Source: Malacoraja senta
Lineage: Eukaryota
Assembly (NCBI GenBank): GCA_038087875.1
Contig: CM075997.1
Location: forward strand, 1,490,001 to 1,554,000
Reading direction: 5' to 3'
DNA: 64,000 nt
The notes beneath the pieces were generated by a model that was given only the letters and a program-made list of their open reading frames with translations, had not been told where the DNA came from and made no database searches. Each line of letters begins with the position of its first letter. The first letter of the stretch is position 1. Both the position numbers and the translations under genes were made by a program. Positions 51,749 through 64,000 of the stretch are shown one piece after another.

Positions 51749-54700
51749 GTGACTAGTTACTGCCTCCACATAACAGGACATTTCTATCGATGATTACAAC
51801 ATATTGCCTCAATAAGTGAAAGTGAAATCTCTCCAGACATATCAACTCCATTCAAAAGCAATAAAAGAAGGCTTGGCAAATGCTATTTAAAAGAAAGAAG
51901 AAACACCATCTGGGAACATTTTGCTTTACCCAAGTGCAGGTCACTACTAATCAGAGCTGCCACTAAACAAATCAGAACCGCACGGAGTGGCTCTTCAGTC
52001 GGTGTTTAAATTTATTCTATAAATGAGATGAGCTGGAAGGATTTCCATTGCTGCAGTTATCCATAAATCCAGAGGCTTTGTTGCTAATTAACATTTGTGT
52101 GCAACAAGTCGACAGTCAGTCATGTCAATATTGTTCAGTGACCTGATCATTGGATTAAAGCAAATTGCTTCTGCAGTGGGTCCCCTTGTACATTTCTGTA
52201 AGTACTTTTATTACGAGGAGCAATTATCACACACGGTATTTCCTATTTTAGTTGGGGGGGTGGGGGATTAGAAAGTGGGAATTAAAAAATAACCGGACAT
52301 GTATGTGATAAGTATATATAAAATACTGTCCTCCACAATGTAAGATAAACACATCTATCCAGATGTCTAGGGAGGAACTGCAGATGCTGGTTTACACCGA
52401 AGATAGACACAGAATGCTGAGTGATTCAGCGGTACAGGCAGCATCTCTGGAGAGAAGGAATGGGTGACGTTTTGGGTCGAGACCCTTCTTCAGACTGAGA
52501 GTCAGGGGAGAGGGAGACTAGAGATATGGCAGGGTCCTTCCCTCCAGAGATGCTGCCTGTCCCACTGAGCTGCTCAGGCAAAATGTGTCTACGCTGTAAG
52601 CCAGCATCTGCATTTCCTTCTTACACATCACTCCAATGTAATACTGCTTACTAAATTCTGGCTGTTCTGCTGAGTTATTCCAGCATTTTGTGAGTACATT
52701 CTGGCCATGTGCATCCATTACACTATCTGATGGGGGAGAAAATGAAAAGAAAGTCAGATATATTTGTGGAAATTCCCCATCCTTAAAAAATAGAACGAAA
52801 TTATCAATGTAAGACTGAATGTCTTACTACTGTCTTCCCCTCTACTGTTATATGTTTTTGGGCCATAGAATTAAAAGGCAGTGGACTTGTGCCTCTGTAG
52901 TGTAAAATATACACGGACATTGCGCTCCAGATACAGCAATCCGAGTTCCCTGCCAAAGATGTTTTGGTAATAACCTCTTTGACAGCAGTAACTGCAGTAA
53001 CAATGATTCTGGGGGCAAATAACTTGGCTTCCTCAAACTAAGGTGAAGCCAAACATGTCGACACGGAAAAAAGTGCAAGAAGTCAAAAACATGTTGGCTT
53101 TTCCGTGATGTCATCGGTGATCTTACACTACATGTTTAAGAAAGAACTGCAGATGATGGAAAAATCGAAGGTAGACAAAAATGCCGGAGAAACTCAGCGG
53201 GTGAGGCAGCGTCTATGGAGCGAAAGGAAAAGGTGACGTTTCTGAAGAAGGGTCGTGACCCGAAACATCACCTTTTCTTACACAACACGTTGGTACTTTG
53301 TTCACCATTGCCATTTCAAATGAGATTCCTTTTGCAAGAAACTCTGTTTCAAATTTGGCCCCATCACTAGTATGTTGGAGATAGACACAACATGCTGGAA
53401 TAATTCAGAGGGTTAGGCAGCATCTCTGGAGTCTCTTGCCCAGAGTAGGTGAATCGAGGACCAGAGAACATAGGTTTAAGGTGAAGACGAAAAGATTTAA
53501 TAGGAATCTGGGGGGGGGTGTAACTTTTTTCACACAAAGGGTGGTGGGTGTATGGAACACCAGAGGAGGTAGTTGAGGCTGGGACTATCGCAACGTTTAA
53601 GAAACAGTTAGACAGGTACATGGATAGGACAGGTTTGGAGGGATATGGGCCAAATGCAGGCAGGTGGGACTAGTGTGGAATGGGCATGTTGGCCGGTGTG
53701 GGCAAGTTGGGCCAATATCCACGTTATATGACTCCGGCTCTAAATGGAATAGATGACATTTCGGATCAAGGCCCTTCTTCAGACTCAGACCTTACCCGAA
53801 ACATAACCCATCCACAGTCTCCAGGGATGCTGCCTGTCCCGCTGAGTTACTCCAGCATTTTGTGTCTATCTTTGATTTAAACCAGCATCTGTAGTTCCTC
53901 CTACCAGTGTGTTGGTGTTGGTGTTGGTATGAATGACTTGAGATGCTGTCAGCAGCCATGAGAAAATGGGCCGTTGTAACCGAGGACAGAATATAAAAAT
54001 TCCATTTTGCTTTTACAGTAATTTCTAATTAATTAACACCAGTTTTTAATTAATTAACACCCATTTACGTGGGATGTGTTCTATCAGGGACTACTCAATC
54101 TGGTGTTTGGTCCACATCAGGGGCAATGTAGTGTAATTATATATGTACTATGTTTTAGACTTATCGAACTGGCTTGCTCGAAATAAAGTATTAACTGAAA
54201 CAAAGAACAGCAGATGCTGGTTTACACAAAAGGGCACAAAGTGCTGGAGTAACTCAGTGGGTTAGATAGCATCTCTGGAGAACATGGAGAGGTGGCGTTT
54301 CACAGCTATGTATTAGAACCATGACAGTTCGCAACTATTTATTCCTTGTGGGCTCACACCTGTTTCCATCTCAAGCCTTTGTCAAAACAGCATCTCTGGT
54401 GAAGTGTGAGAAAGAACTGCAGATGCTGGATAAAATCAAAGGTAGACACAAATGCTGGAGTAACTCAGCGGGTGAGGCAGCATCTATGGAGAGAAGGAAT
54501 GGGTGACGTTTCGGGTCGAGACCCATTCCTTCTCTCCCTAGATACTGCCTCACCCGCTGAGTTACTCCAGCATTTTGTGTGTATCTGTGGTGACGTTTCA
54601 AGTTGTGGCCCTTCTTCAGACTCCGAGTCCCGATCTGAAACATCACCTACCCACGGTCTCCAGAGATGCTGCTCGACCCTCTGCGTTACTCCAGAACCCT

Positions 54701-55050
54701 GTGTCCTTCGGAATGGCTCTGAGGTCAACTTGTCGGGGCTGTGTTCAAAATCCAGGAATGTATGGGGAAATCCCGATTAATCAGTAGTCAAGGCAGCCAG
54801 AAGCACGGGAGTGCCTTAGGACCAGATTAACTAGTGACAGAGATGTTGAAGGTAGGCTAGGTGGTCATCATCCTGCAGTAACAAGTCAACTTCGTTGTTC
54901 CCTGTAGTTTCCATCCATTCCTCTCTCTCTCTCTCTCTCTCACACACATGCACACACACACACACGCACACAAGTAACTCACACCTACACACTTGCACCA
55001 ATGGAGCTTGAGTAGAGATAGCTGCTGTCGCTGAAGCATCCTTGTGTACT

Positions 55051-55152
55051 TCACTCCAAGGACTGTAACATCAGCAGCTGCTTCAACACCTTGGTCTGGC
55101 TTGTTTCTCTGATCTCTCCCGCTAGGAACATCTCATCTACCACAGTGTACAC
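55051..55152 (-). CDS. AP2S1: AP-2 complex sigma subunit, last coding exon (VYTVVDEMFLAGEIRETSQTKVLKQLLMLQSLE*)
   Basis: C-terminal peptide recognised as AP2S1. Acceptor ccctcgcag|, TGA at 55051-55053. Confidence 0.97.
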   Translation of the reverse strand: MYTVVDEMFLAGEIRETSQTKVLKQLLMLQSLE

Positions 55153-55514
55153 CTGCGAGGGTGAAACAAGAGACAGTGGGCACATCATTACATGGAGTCA
55201 GATATAGAAAGAACCACATCAGCGCCTCACTTTCTACCACGATCTTTACAAAATATTTACAACACAGAAACGGGTCGTTTCAGCCCAACTGGCCCCTGCT
55301 GATTTACGCAGGCTGAGGCTTTAGAGATACAGCGCGGAAACCGGCCCAGTCCGCGCCGACCAGCCATCATCCCGTACACTAACACTATCCTACACGCGCG
55401 GGACTATTTGCAATTTTTACCAAAGCCAATTAACCTACCAACCTGTGTTTAAGAAGGAGCTGCAGATGCTGGAAAATCGAAGGTAGACAAAAGTGCTGGA
55501 GAAACTCAGCGGGT

Positions 55515-55840
55515 ATAACTGGGTGGGGCATGGTCGAGATTATAAATAATGATCTCCTTACTTTTCTTTTTTGATCTTTCACTCTCTTTTTCCTATTTTC
55601 TTTTCTTCAACTTTCTTCTTTCACTCTTTTTTTTGCTTTTTCACACACTATATATCTCACGTTTTTCTATCCTTTATTATCTAATTTCTTTTTCTTATTC
55701 TTCTTTATTATAATTAAAAAAAAATAAGAAGCTGTACATAAAATGTATTATGTAAATATATATTAGGCACTTTGGTGCCATATGATTGTACTTACTTCTA
55801 ATAAAATAAAAATATTTAAAAAAAAGAAAGAAAAAAAAAA
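55515..55840 (+). mobile_element. Poly(A)-tailed retroinsertion (L1/Tx1-like 3' end) with target-site duplication
   Basis: T-rich body, AATAAA and A-rich tail. AAACTCAGCGGGT is duplicated at 55502-55514 and 55838-55850. Confidence 0.7.
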
Positions 55841-55992
55841 CTCAGCGGGTGAGGCAGCATCTATGGGGCGTCGCCTATTTCCTTCGCTCCATAGATGCTG
55901 CCTCACCCGCTGGGTTTCTCCAGCACTTTTGTCAACCTACAAACCTGTACGTCTTTGGAGTATGGGAGGAAACTGGAGCACCCAGAGAAAAC

Positions 55993-56238
55993 GGTGGCGC
56001 AGCGGTAGAGTTGCTGCCTTACAGCAAATGCAGTGCCGGAGACCCGGGTTCGATCCTGACTACGGGTGCTGTCTGTACGGAGTTGGTACGTTCTCCCTGT
56101 GACCTGCGTGGGTTTTCTCCGAGATCTTCGGTTTCCTCCCACACTCCAAAGACGTACAGGTTTGTAGGTTAATTGGTTTGGTAAATGTAAAAATTGTCCA
56201 TAGTGGGTGTAGGATAGTGTTAATGTGCGGGGATCGCT
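55993..56238 (+). mobile_element. tRNA-derived V-SINE (HE1-like), representative copy
   Basis: A box TGGCGCAGCGG, B box GGTTCGATCC, core GGGTTTTCTCCG..GGTTTCCTCCCACACTCCAAAGAC. Many more copies in the window. Confidence 0.85.
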
Positions 56239-56394
56239 CAAAATTACTCGCAATACTACAAGTGCGATCTGACCAGCGCCTTAAAAAGCCTCAGCATTAC
56301 ATCCCTGTTTTTGTATTCTGGTCATCGAAATAAAAGCGAACATTGCATTTGCCTTCCATACTGGATAGCATGCTAAGGGCTGGACAGATTGTTA

Positions 56395-56749
56395 TGGGCT
56401 TGGACACACTAGAGGCAGAAAACATGTTCCCGATGTTGGGGGAGTCCTGAACCAGGGGCCACAGTTTAAGAATAAGGAGAAAGCCATTTAGAACAGAGAT
56501 GAGGAAACACTTTTTCTCACAGAGAGTGGTGAGTCTGTGGTATTCTCTGCCTCAGACGGCGGTGGAGGCCGGTTCTCTGGATGCTTTCAAGAGAGAGCTA
56601 GATAGGGCTCTTAAAAATAGCGGAGTCAGGGGATATGGGGAGAAGGCAGGAACGGGGTACTGATTGGGGATGATCAGCCATGATCACATTGAATGGCGGT
56701 GCTGGCTCGAAGGGCCAAATGGCCTACTCCTGCACCTATTGTCTATTGT
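56395..56749 (+). mobile_element. CR1 LINE 3' end
   Basis: Near-identical to the other CR1 3' ends, ending ctattgtctattgtc. Confidence 0.85.
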
Positions 56750-58429
56750 CATGCAAAACAAAGCTTCCCACAGTACTTCGGGCTGCTTAAATTTCGACGT
56801 CACTTGTCCTCCAAGTATCCGGATGGATTTTCAGACCACAGTACCCAAGTAAGTGAAGTCAACTTAGCCACGATCTCCTTCTGCCTCCTCATCAGCAACC
56901 CCAGACTCCTAGACTGAACCTTGGATTACTGCGCTGCATGTCATTTAGTATTTATCCCAGATGAGATTGCTACCCACTGAGACCAACAGTCCTCATCAGT
57001 ATTCTGTTAAAGCACCGAACTTCATTGGTAACGAACAGCATCAGTAGGTCAAGCAGAAATGCCATTCAATTTTCCTATAATGCTCCTTAACCCCCATGCT
57101 CCTGCCCCAATACAAAAAAGTCCGTTGATTTTTAGATAGATTTAATAACTTGTTGTTCTGTCAGAGGGCAGTATGGCATTTTTCTACAGGCAGTGATAAA
57201 TGATAAGAGTACAGCATAGGTATGGGAAGTGGCAAATTAAGCCCCCAGGGATACAATTATGTGGCTCTCAAACTAGCTCAAGTTGAGACTTAATGATGTC
57301 ATGAAGAATTCAGTGAAGGTGCATATGAAACTTGTTTAATAAAATGCAGGCAAATTGTAGGTTTTGTCATTCAAACTGGATATGGAGGACACACATTGAG
57401 CCATGTACAACTTTTATACAATGTTGGTAATAATAGGTAACCACGGGTGCTATTTCAGACAATGAGAGGAATATAGTTCCCCATGTTGGGGGAGTCCAGA
57501 AGCAGGGGTCACAGTTTAAGAACAAAGGGTCGGCCATTTAGGATTGAGATAAGGAAAAACTTCTTCACCCAGAGAGTTGTGAATCTGTGGAATTCTCTGC
57601 CACAGAAGGCAGTGGAGGCCGATTCACTGGATGTTTTCAATAGAGTTAGATTTAGCTCTTAGGCCTAAAGGAATGAAGGGATATGGGGAGAAAGCAGAAA
57701 AGGGGAATTGATTTTAGATGATCAGCCATGATCATATTGAATGGCGGTGCTGGCTCGAAGGGCCGACTGGCCTACTCCGGCACCTATTATGTTAGACGTG
57801 TGAGGAATAGATCGGGTAGATGCACAGAGTCTCTTGCCCAGAGTAGGGGGATCGAGAACCAGAGGGCATAGGTTTCAGGTAAGCGGGGGAAAGATTTAAT
57901 AGGAACTTGAGGGGTAATCTTTTCCACACAAAGGGTGGTGGGTGTATGGACCGAGCTACTGATGGAGGTAGTTGAGGCAGAGACTATTGCAACATTTAAG
58001 AAACATTTAGATGCATGGATAGGATAGGTTTAGAGGGATATGGGCCAAACGCAGGCAGGTGGAACTAGTGTAGGTGGGCACAAAATACTGGAGTAACTCA
58101 GCGGGACAGGCAGCAACTCTGGAGAAGGAATGGGTGACGTTTCGGGTCGAGACCCTTCTTTAGATGGAACATGTATGTCGGTGAGGACAAGTTGGGCTGA
58201 AGAGCCTGTTTTGACACTGTATGACTATGATTCCATGAATTAAAGCAGAGATTACTAAATCTTTCATTCCTGCATCCCATTTCACAGACATTTGTTTTTT
58301 TTCTCCTGGGCTCACATTCTATTCTCCCCTATAATTAGAAATGATGGAACAAATACTATTTGCTTTAATGACTGTGTCTCCACCAAACTTTACCACACCT
58401 TTTTCAGGGGTTGGTAAGGAACATTCCTC

Positions 58430-58760
58430 CACGCCTTGGCACAGCAGTAATTGTACAGCTCAAGGCAATGCAGGTATTCCAGTCTGTTACTGATTTCATT
58501 GCACGTAGCGGCCTCATCCGACACCTGGCAGGAACACGTTGGGGAGCCAGTCCATCAACTCTGCCTTAGCTCTTGTGTATGCTCCAGCTGCGTACTGCGC
58601 ACCCGTATGGAGATGGAAGTAGACATACTAGCCTGGTAGACACGAGCCTGAACAGCACCTTGCGAACCACCTCTGGGTGCCTTCAACCTACTCCAGTCGA
58701 GGAGCTCAGGGCCTGGCAGACACTGACACAGAGACAACAACCTGGCTGCTCATCACCGGG
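58430..58760 (+). mobile_element. Degraded Ingi/Vingi-like (I group) LINE fragment
   Basis: Across frameshifts: GLIRHLAGTRWGASPSTL / ALALVYAPAAYCAPVW / SRHTSLVDTSLNSTLRTTSGCLQPTPVEEL. Confidence 0.7.
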
Positions 58761-59593
58761 CTTGAGATCTAACAATTCCTTTGGTTTATGTTTTATTCGC
58801 AAGAAGAAGACTGATATCAGAAGATACCAGCATGCAACCAACATGGTCCTTAAAAACATCGCAGTAACCGACTGTGCCAGTTTATTCAGTTGGGCTGCAC
58901 GGATACGTTAAATGAATTATCCGTCATAGGTTTCCTGTATCTAAATCTGAATGCTAGGAAGAATAATATTTGGTTATGTACTGTGTCAATATTGTTTTCC
59001 CAACATTTTCCATGCCGACTATCTCTCTGAAGTTGCAAGGTTTTATGTTTTATAATTTGGACAAATGTTGACCAACCCCAGGTAGACAAAAATGATGGAG
59101 AAACTCAGCGGGTGAGGCAGCATCTATGGAGCGAAGGAATAGGTGACGTTTCGGGTCGAGACCCTTCTTCAGCTTCTTATTATTATATATGTAACTTTAT
59201 AACTATAGTGCTGACTCTTGGCGCCAGCAAACTCTGGGTGCGATCCTACCCTACAGTGCTGTCTGAGTGGAGTTTGCACGTTCGAGTTGTTATCCTCTGA
59301 TTTCTCTGATCGGCTTTGGATCGGGAGGTAAAATGGCCATTTTAATTTGCCCCCTTAGAGTGTAGGTGAATTGATTTGCAGAATTCACCAATGAGCCAAC
59401 CAAGGAAGGCTGACAACAGGGCAAAGGAAAACCAAAAGATTCAAGAGGCCAAATAATGGCAGCCATTTTCCTTATTCTGAACAACTATTTTCCCCAGGTG
59501 CCTTGCTCGTGAGGGAAATATGAGCTGAGCCAACAGAGCTTTAAAATCTCAGCAACAAATACACAATGTTGTTCCGTTGACAAACTGATTTAC

Positions 59594-59653
59594 CTTGTAG
59601 AAGTTGAAGACAAGATCTAATTCACAGACATTATGGAAATATTCATTCAAAAC
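59594..59653 (-). CDS. AP2S1: AP-2 complex sigma subunit, penultimate coding exon (VLNEYFHNVCELDLVFNFYK)
   Basis: Peptide recognised as AP2S1. Acceptor attgcag|, donor aag|gtaaat. 60 nt, phase 0-0. Upstream exons not found in the window. Confidence 0.96.
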
Positions 59654-61520
59654 CTGCAATGAGATGGAGACAGAAGATAAAATAAAGTTATCAACATTTT
59701 ACAATACACTTTCTTTATAAAACGCTCGATCTGGAACCATTTAATTTTAAACCAGCTGAAGGAAATAAGCAATAATTACATTAGAAAAAACCCATCCAGG
59801 GCTACAAAGCACAGGGATCCAGAAAGCCTGCTTTTGTTTATCTTTCTGAGAATTACACGTATAATTTCCGTAAGTTATCTCAAATTTTAATGGAACCATT
59901 CAACAGGTTGTGATATGCTTGATGAAAATCTACAAAATGCAGATACCGGAAATATATAATAAAAGCAGAAAATGGTGAAAACGCTGAGTAAGTCAGGCAG
60001 CCTTCTGCAAAAGGAGAAATAGAATCACGTTTCAGGCCTGGGACACTTTGTCATATCTGGTTTTATTATTACATACACAATATATGTTACATTTCAAGAT
60101 CTGTAATATCTGATAGGTTCTTTTTGTGATGGCACGGTGACACAGCTGGAAGAGTTGCCTCCTCGCAGCAACAGAGACCCAGAGTGAAATTACTTTAGCA
60201 TATTTACACATGCGGGACGCCATTTCCAAAGTCCGGTACGCCCGCCCGACCAGGTTCAATCCTGACCTCAGGTGCTGTTTGTGTGGAGTTTGCACGTTCT
60301 CCCTGTCACCGCGTGGGTTTCCTCCCACATCCTAAATTCGTGCAGCCTTGTAGGTTAATTCTCAGTGGTAAAAAAAAATTGTCCCGAACGTGAATGTGAA
60401 AATGGGAAAATATAGAACTTGTGTGAATGGTCGGCATGGGCTCGCTGGGCCGAAGGGCCTGTTTCCATGCTGTATTTCAAAAAACCACAATAGCTTCTTC
60501 TTTCAAAAACTTTCAACTAACAGCTTGTATGACAGACAATGCTCCCCTCAACTCTCGTAAGTTCTCTGCATTTTATTTGATGCTTCTCTCAATATTTCAC
60601 TCCTGTTCTGTCCACACTTTAAATGTTCTTGTCATTTACACATGCATCCAGTGAGATGAAACTGCACCACAAGGTTATCTACTCTCAACAGAAACCACAG
60701 AACACCTGATTGGACTCAGCCTAGTTCGCTGCCAGCAAACCTTGAGCTTTCTAAAACCTAAGACGATTGTCACCTAAGCAATGCTGAACAAAATAATTAA
60801 ATGACTTTATCAGCTTTTCCTCAGAGCCAGAGAGTCCCATATCATGGGAGGCACAGCAGTAGGACAAAAGGACAAAGGACATTTATTGTCACATACACCA
60901 ATTGGTGCAGTGAAATTTGAGTTGCCATTCCAGCACACCAATAAAAATAAAAATTAAAGAAGAATTTAACTTTAACATAACCCCCCCCCCCCCCACAATG
61001 GTTCCCACTGTGAGGGAAGGCAGCAAAGTCCAATCCTCTTCCTCTTGTTCACCCTTACAGCGCCAGAGACCCGGGTTCGATCCTGATTTTGGCTGCTATC
61101 TGTGCGGACTTATACATTTTTTCTCAGTAACTGCGTGGGATTTCTCCGGGTGTTCTGGTTTCCTCCCACATTCCAAACACGTGCGGGTGTGTAGGTTAAT
61201 TGGCTTCTGTAAATTGTCCCTAGTGTGTAGGAGAGAGAACAAGTTTGGTGATTGTTGGTTGGCGCGGACTCGGTGGGCCGAAGGGTTTGTTTCCATGCTG
61301 TACCTTTGTAACAGGAGCAAAAGATAAGCTGATGGGGGAAGGAGAAGAAGGAGGTTACACCATCCACTGTCTTCTGGGGGGGTTTAGTTTGTGGAGGAAC
61401 TCAGCAGGTGGAACAGCATTTGTGAGAGGGGAAAGAAATGTCTGTGTTTCGGGTCAAGACTTTGCATAAGGAAACACTTTGAATGCTAAATGTTCCAGAT
61501 CCCAGTATCTGCAGTCTCTT

Positions 61521-62411
61521 ACATAGATACATAGAAAATAGGTGCAGGAGTAGGCCATTCGGCCCTTCGAGCCTGCACCGCCATTCAATATGATCATGGC
61601 TGATCATCCAACTCAGTATCCCGTACCTGCCTTCTCTCCATACCCCCTGATCCCCTTAGCCACAAGGGCCACATCTAACTCCCTCTTAAATATAGCCAAT
61701 GAACTGGCCTCAACTACCCTCTGTGGCAGAGAGTTCCAGAGATTCACCACTCTCTGTGTGATAAAGTTTTTCCTCATCTCGGTCTTAAAGGATTTCCCCC
61801 TTATCCTTAAGCTGTGACCCCTTGTCCTGGACTTCCCCAACATCGGGAACAATCTTCCTGCATCTAGCCTGTCCAACCCCATAAGAATTTTGTACGTTTC
61901 TATAAGATCCCCTCTCAATCTCCTAAATTCTAGCGAGTATAAGCCAAGTCTATCCAGTCTTTCTTCATATGAAAGTCCTGACATCCCAGGAATCAGTCTG
62001 GTGAACCTTCTCTGCACTCCCTCTATGGCTATAATGTCCTTCCTCAGATTTGGAGACCAAAACTGTACGCAATACTCCAGGTGTGGTCTCACCAAGACCC
62101 TGTACAACTGCAGTAGAACCTCCCTGCTCCTATACTCAAATCCTTTTGCTATGAAAGCTAACATACCATTCGCTTTCTTCACTGCCTGCTGCACCTGCAG
62201 CCTACTTTCAATGACTGGTGTACCATGACACCCAGGTCTCGCTGCATCTCCCCATTTCCTAATCGGCCACCATTTAGATAATAGTCTGCTTTCCTGTTTT
62301 TGCCACCAAAGTGGATAACCTCACATTTATCCACATTATACTGCATCTGCCAAACATTTGCCCACTCACCCAGCCTATCCAAGTCACCTTGCAGTCTCCT
62401 AGCATCCTCCT
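61521..62411 (-). mobile_element. CR1-clade LINE 3' portion (elasmobranch HER1-like)
   Basis: WQMQYNVDKCEVIHFG and [19 protein letters not shown]...RVVNLWNSLP, with a short-repeat tail. Confidence 0.9.
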
Positions 62412-62839
62412 CTTGTGTCTCTTTTTAGTAAGCATGCAGAACCTACAACTCAACCTCAGCCTATGGCTACTGCATCAAGTATAACACACTGACCAATATA
62501 TTGGGTGCTGCAATGTTTTACAAAGAGCTTCCATTGTGTTTCCGAAGCTCCTTCAGCATATTCATCACTTGAGCACCTCGCATGAAGGGAATAAAAATCA
62601 AGCTTTTCAGTGTTAGAAATCTATTTTAACAAACTAACACTCTGGACGAGTTGTGGAAAGGGGCTGAAACCAAAACAGAAACTCATTAGTGCGCCACATT
62701 TGTAGTTTACACAGGGATTAGATTTCTAGAATTATGTAGTAAAAGAGGTCATCCATCCAACATTCCTGAGCCAGGTCTTTTAAAGAACGGCACAAAGTGC
62801 TGGAGTAACTCAACGGGTCACGCAGCATGGATAGATGAT

Positions 62840-63293
62840 AATAGACAATAGACAATAGACAATAGGTGCAGGAGTAGGCCATTCGGCCCTTCCAGCCAGC
62901 ACCGCCATTCAATGTGATCATGGCTGATCATCCCCAATCAGTACCCCGTTCCTGCCTTCTCCCCATATCCCCTGACTCCGCTGTCTTTAAGAGCCCTATC
63001 CAGCTTTCTCTTGAAAGCATCCAGAGAACCTGCCTCCACCGCCCTCTGAGGCAGAGAATTCCATAGACTCACCACTCTCTGTGAGAAAAAGTGTTTCCTC
63101 GTCCCCGTTTTAAATGGCTTACTCCTTATTCTTAAACTGGGGCCCCTGGTTCTGGACTCCCCCAACATCGGGAACATGTTTCCTGCCTCTAGCGTGTCCA
63201 AACCCTTAACAATCTTATATGTTTCAATGAGATTCCCTCTCATCCATCTAAACTCCAGAGTGTACATGCCCAGCTGCTCCATTCTCTCAGCAT
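62840..63293 (-). mobile_element. CR1 LINE 3' fragment with (ATTGTCT)n tail
   Basis: GNLIETYKIVKGLD...FFSQRVVSLWNSLP. Same family as 1-250, 30514-30872, 38088-38399, 45803-46100 and 56395-56749. Confidence 0.88.
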
Positions 63294-64000
63294 GATGGCT
63301 CGGGTTGGGACCCTTCTTCAGACTGAATGTGTGGCGGGGAGATTGGGGGGGGGGGGGAGAAAGCTGTAAGAGAGCAGGGGGCAGGCCAAAAGCATAGACA
63401 GATAGGTGGATACAGATGAGGGTGGTTTTTGATGGGCATATGGTTGGACAAAGGTCTGAGGTGAAAAGAGAAAAAGGTGTAAGACTCACAGGCTATAGAG
63501 GGGAAAATTAGCAAGACATCAAGAGGGTCTCGACTCGAAACATCACCCATTCCTTCCCTCCAGAGATGCTGCCTGTCCCGCTGTTACTCCAGCAGTTTGT
63601 GTCTATCTTCTAATTGGCAATTAATGGTTCAATGGTTCCTTTATTATCACATATGCACAACACGGTGAAATTTCTATTGCACAACCCACAAATGAACAGT
63701 CGCCATATTTTGATGCCGTTTGGAAAGAAAAAGAGAAAAGTCCAAGATCGCTGGGCCTTTCTCGTCCTTCCCGGTCTTCGTTCTTGGCCGGCCGCAGCAT
63801 CCGATCTTGCACGGCTCGGCGACGCCCGCTGGGAGCTTCCATTTTAATTAACTAACTCCCACTGGATAAACTGAGAACAGGAGAACCGCCTTACCTAGAC
63901 ACCCAGGACATACACTCAAAAAATGTTACTGTTGCGTGACAGCTATCTTTGAAAATGTATCCCATTGTGAGTTGGCATCTTTAGCTGCAAGGCGTAGGAT

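Noticed and set aside
55993..56065. tRNA-like heads with A and B boxes
   Set aside because: They are SINE 5' ends continuing into the SINE core, not tRNA genes.
63885..63900. Donor-like tag|gtaagg as a possible upstream AP2S1 exon end
   Set aside because: Upstream translation does not match the expected AP2S1 sequence; that exon is probably beyond the window.

Overview
Vertebrate genomic DNA, most likely a cartilaginous fish (skate/ray-like), judging from dense HE1/V-SINE-type SINEs, CR1 LINE 3' ends and Penelope-like fragments. Most six-frame ORFs are repeat or microsatellite artefacts. Two real genes lie on the minus strand. (1) A 10-coding-exon Kunitz-type serine protease inhibitor (ATG 38936 to stop 6653, about 471 aa once one extra base in a homopolymer is removed). 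Its architecture is signal peptide-MANSC-Kunitz-LDLa-Kunitz-Kunitz-TM-tail. Its last two Kunitz domains and tail resemble SPINT2/HAI-2, while the N-terminal half carries SPINT1/HAI-1-type modules. All nine coding introns are phase 1. (2) The last two coding exons of AP2S1 (59594-59653, 55051-55152). A TATA-box promoter and probable non-coding first exon of a third gene sit at about 1280-1470. The remainder is nested transposons (CR1, Rex-Babar, Penelope-like with hammerhead-like cores, a Vingi/Ingi-like relic, hAT and Harbinger-like MITEs, poly(A) insertions), microsatellites and a 200-N gap. I found no wholly new biological system. The best leads are the extended SPINT2 architecture, a diverged duplicate of an exon end, and the repeated hammerhead-like motifs.
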